Source: Raja brachyura
Taxonomy: Eukaryota
Direction of reading: 5' to 3'
Assembly (NCBI GenBank): GCA_963514005.1
Contig: OY740790.1
Location: 5,270,001 to 5,334,000 of the forward strand
DNA: 64,000 nt
Below, one piece after another: positions 60,908-64,000 of the stretch. Position 1 is the first letter of the stretch; each line of letters begins with the position of its first letter. The notes below the pieces were generated by a model. The model was given only the letters and a program-made list of their open reading frames with translations. It searched no databases and was not told the origin of the DNA. The position numbers and the translations under genes are program-made.

Positions 60908-63768
60908 CAGTAACCCCTCATTTTAACAGACCCCTTTATAACAGATTTTGGATATAGCGGACGGACCTGCCGATACCATTCCTGCCATGCATGGATCTTG
61001 ACCGCTTAGAGCCCCGGCTTCCAACTCCACCCCTGACTCGCAAGTGAGCCCTTCTCCACCCACCACCATATGGTCCGTGATGCTGCTGTTGTTGCGGTTC
61101 ATGGCGCCCCCGAGATGAACGCTTTCTTCAAGCTGCCGCCCTCGACAGGACGTGCTTGGTCACGATGAGGCTTCCTCCCCTCCCACCTGCTGCTGCTCCA
61201 ACCTGTCTGCTCTTCACTTTGTCCACTTCCTGCTCGACCACCATCTCCCCCTCGTCCTCCCATCGCTGTGTCCACTCGGCCTCTTCCCCCTCCCCCGGCA
61301 TCTCCTCCTCCCTGGAGTCACCAACTTATTGCACCTAGGAAGCAGCAGCTGGTGAGAGGAGAGGGTGCCCCATGGTGACTGTGCACCCTGTCAGCGACAG
61401 CAGCCTGAGGAAAGCACTGCCAGCCAGAGGCTACAATGTGAGCCACAACCACAGCCCTGTCACCGGACCGTGCGGTGGATGAAGAAGGACTCGCTGGTGC
61501 AGAGCACAGGCATTGACGCCTGGTTTTAAGGTGAAACGACACAAATTAGCCAAAATAAGCAACCTACCAGAGGACTGGGAGAAATTCAGAGTCCAGCAGA
61601 GGAGGACAAAGGGCATAATTAGGAAAGGGAAAATAGATTATGAAAGAAAACTGGCAGGGAACATAAAAACTGACTGCAAACGTTTTTATAGATATGTGAA
61701 GAGAAAAAGAATAATTAAAACAAATGTAGGTCCCTTGCAGTCAGAATCAGGTGAATTGACCATGGGGAATAAGGATATGGCAGACCAGTTGAATAATTAC
61801 TTTGGTTCTGTCTTCATTAAGGAAGACATAAATAATCTGCCGGAAATAGCAGGGGACCGGGGGTCAAATAAGATGGAGGAACTGAGTGAAATCCAGGTTA
61901 GCTGGGAAGTGGTATTGGGTAAATTGAAAGGATTAAAGGCCGATAAATCCCCAGGGACAAATAGGCTGCATCCCAGAGTACTTTAGGAAGTAGCCACAGA
62001 AATAGTGGATGCATTAGTGATAATTTTTCTAAACTGTTTAGATTCTGGAGTAGTTCCTCAGGATTGGAGGGTAGCTAATGTAACCCCACTTTAAAAAAAT
62101 GGAGGGAGAGAGAAAACAGGGAATTACAGACCAGTTAGTCTAACATCGGTCGGGGGGAAAATGCTAGTCAGTTAATAAAGATGGGGTATCAGCACCTTTG
62201 GAAAGTGGTGAAATCATTGGACAAAGTCAGCATGGATTTACGAAAGGTAAATCATGTCTGATGAATCTTATAGAATTTTTCGAGGATGTAACTAGTAGAG
62301 TAGATAAGGGAGAACCAGTGGATGTGTTATATCTGGACTTTCAGAAGACTTTCGACAAGGTCCCGCATAAGAGATTAGTATACAAACTTAAAGCACATGG
62401 TATTAGGGGTTCAGTATTGATGTGGATCGAGAACTGGCTGGCAGACAGGAAGCAAAGGGTAGGAGTAAACGGGTCGTTTTCAGAATGGCAGGCAGTGACT
62501 AGTGGTGTACTGCAAGGCTCAGTGCTGGGACCCCAGCTATTTACAATATATATTAATGATTTGGACAAGGGAATTAAATGCAACATCTGCAAGTTGGCGG
62601 ATGACACGAAGCTGGGGGGCAGTGTTAGGTGTGAGGAGGATGCTAGGAGGCTGCAAGGTGACTTCGATAGGCTGGGTGAGTGGGCAAATGCATGGCAGAT
62701 GCAGTATAATGTGGATAAATGTGAGGTTATCCACTTTGGTGGCAAAAACAGGAGGGTATACTATTATCTGAATGGTGGCCGATTAGGAAAAGGGGAGATG
62801 CAACGAGACCTGGGTGTCATGGTACACCAGTCATTGAAAGTAGGCATGCAGGTGCAGCAGGCAGTGAAGAAAGCGAATGGTATGTTAGCATTCATAGCAA
62901 AAGGATTTGAATATAGGAGCAGGGAGGTTCTACTGCAGTTGTACAGGGGTTTGGTGAGACCACACCTGGAGTATTGCGTACAGTTTTGGTCTCCAAATCT
63001 GAGGAAAGACATTATTGCCATGGAGGGGGTACAGAGAAATTTCACCAGACTGATTCCTGGGATGTCAGGACTTTCATATGAGGAAAGACTGGATATACTC
63101 GGCTTGTACTCGGTAGAATTTAGACGATTGAGGGGGGATCTTATAGAAACGTACAACATTCTTAGGGGGTTGAACAGGCTAGATGCACGAAGATTGTTCC
63201 TGATGTTGGGGAAGTCCAGAACAAGGGGTCACAGTTTAAGGATAAGGGGGAAGTCTTTTAGGACCGAGATGAGAAAAACATTTTTCACACAGAGAGCGGT
63301 GAGTCTCTGGAATTCTCTGCCAGAAGGTAGTTGAGGCCAGTTCATTGGCTATATTTAAGAGGGAGCTAGATGTGGCCCTTGTGGCTAAAGGGATCAGGGG
63401 GTATGGAGAGAAGGCATGTACAGGATACTGAGTTGAATGATCAGCCATGATTATATTGAATGGCGGTGCACGCTCGAAGGGCCGAATGGCCTACTCCTGC
63501 ACCTATTTTCTATGTTTCTAAGTGTTTGAGTAATCCAGCAGACTGAATCAGTCTGAAGAAGAGTTCCCACCTCACCTACCAATATTCTCCAGAGACGCTC
63601 CATGACCAGTTGAGTTACTCCAGCACTTTGTGTCTTTGTGTATTAACCAGCATCTGCATTCTTTGTTTCAACTACATACATGGGTAATACCTTACTCGTT
63701 TAAAGCAGACATTGGGCAATAACGGATACTATCCCCCCCACACCATGGTCCGTTAAAACTTGAGTTCA
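60908..63768. mobile_element. Possible pogo/Tigger-like non-autonomous DNA element hosting the CR1
   Basis: Left end ta-cagtaacccctcattttaacagacc is an imperfect inverted match to ggtccgttaaaacttgag near 63746-63765. Confidence 0.3.
61530..63520 (+). mobile_element. CR1 LINE (RT domain) in the J-CH1 intron
   Basis: SQHGF, GVLQGSVLGP, LADDTK, RPHLEYC motifs; (TTTCTATG) tail. Confidence 0.93.
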
Positions 63769-64000
63769 GAAGTTGGATGTTAAACTAGAGAGTTACAAGA
63801 AATCGGTGAGGCTGAATTGGGAATACAATGTTGAGTTTTCATCAAGCTACTCTAGGAAAGATATCATTAGGCTAGAAGAGTGGTGAGAAGATTTACAAGA
63901 ATGTTGCCGGGACTCGCGGGCCTGAGCTGGAGGGAAAAGTAGGGCAGGCTCAGACTTTACTCCTTTATACCTCTAGAAGGCAGAAGAGTGATCCTATAAA

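Noticed and set aside
62198-63334. 378-aa ORF as a host gene or active element
   Set aside because: It is the RT of a 5'-truncated CR1 with upstream stops and a degenerate LADD motif.
60442-64000. V, D or J segments or RSS upstream of CH1
   Set aside because: No WGxG J motif or heptamer-spacer-nonamer seen; the region is mostly CR1. Isolated CACAGTG at 36245, 59138 and ~59242 lack nonamers.

Overview
Cartilaginous-fish genomic DNA, probably a skate or ray, judged from the IgW/IgX-type exons, CR1/HER1 LINEs and HE1-type V-SINEs. Right half (minus strand, ~31.7-60.4 kb): the constant region of an IgW heavy-chain cluster. Exon order is CH1, CH2, a Cys-rich short secretory exon, CH3, CH4, CH5, CH6+secretory tailpiece, then three extra tandem CH3-like/CH4-like pairs (12 C exons in total), probable decayed CH5/CH6-Sec remnants, TM1 and TM2. 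No V, D or J segment is visible; these should lie beyond position 64000. Left third (1.3-22.3 kb): a class I (gamma/epsilon-like, HERV-I-like) endogenous retrovirus complex. It has a deleted + strand provirus, three head-to-tail minus-strand ~5.95-kb units that share LTRs, and a fold-back LTR junction. Each minus unit carries a decayed, intronless fragment resembling the F-BAR domain of the host endocytosis gene FCHO2, directly behind a second Gag matrix-like start. This looks like retroviral capture of a membrane-bending host domain and is not visible in the ORF track. The remainder is CR1, L2, L1, RTE, SINE, MITE and Penelope-derived repeats, a ~3.5-kb local duplication and two assembly gaps. 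All family assignments come from manual translation and recalled reference sequences; no search was run.
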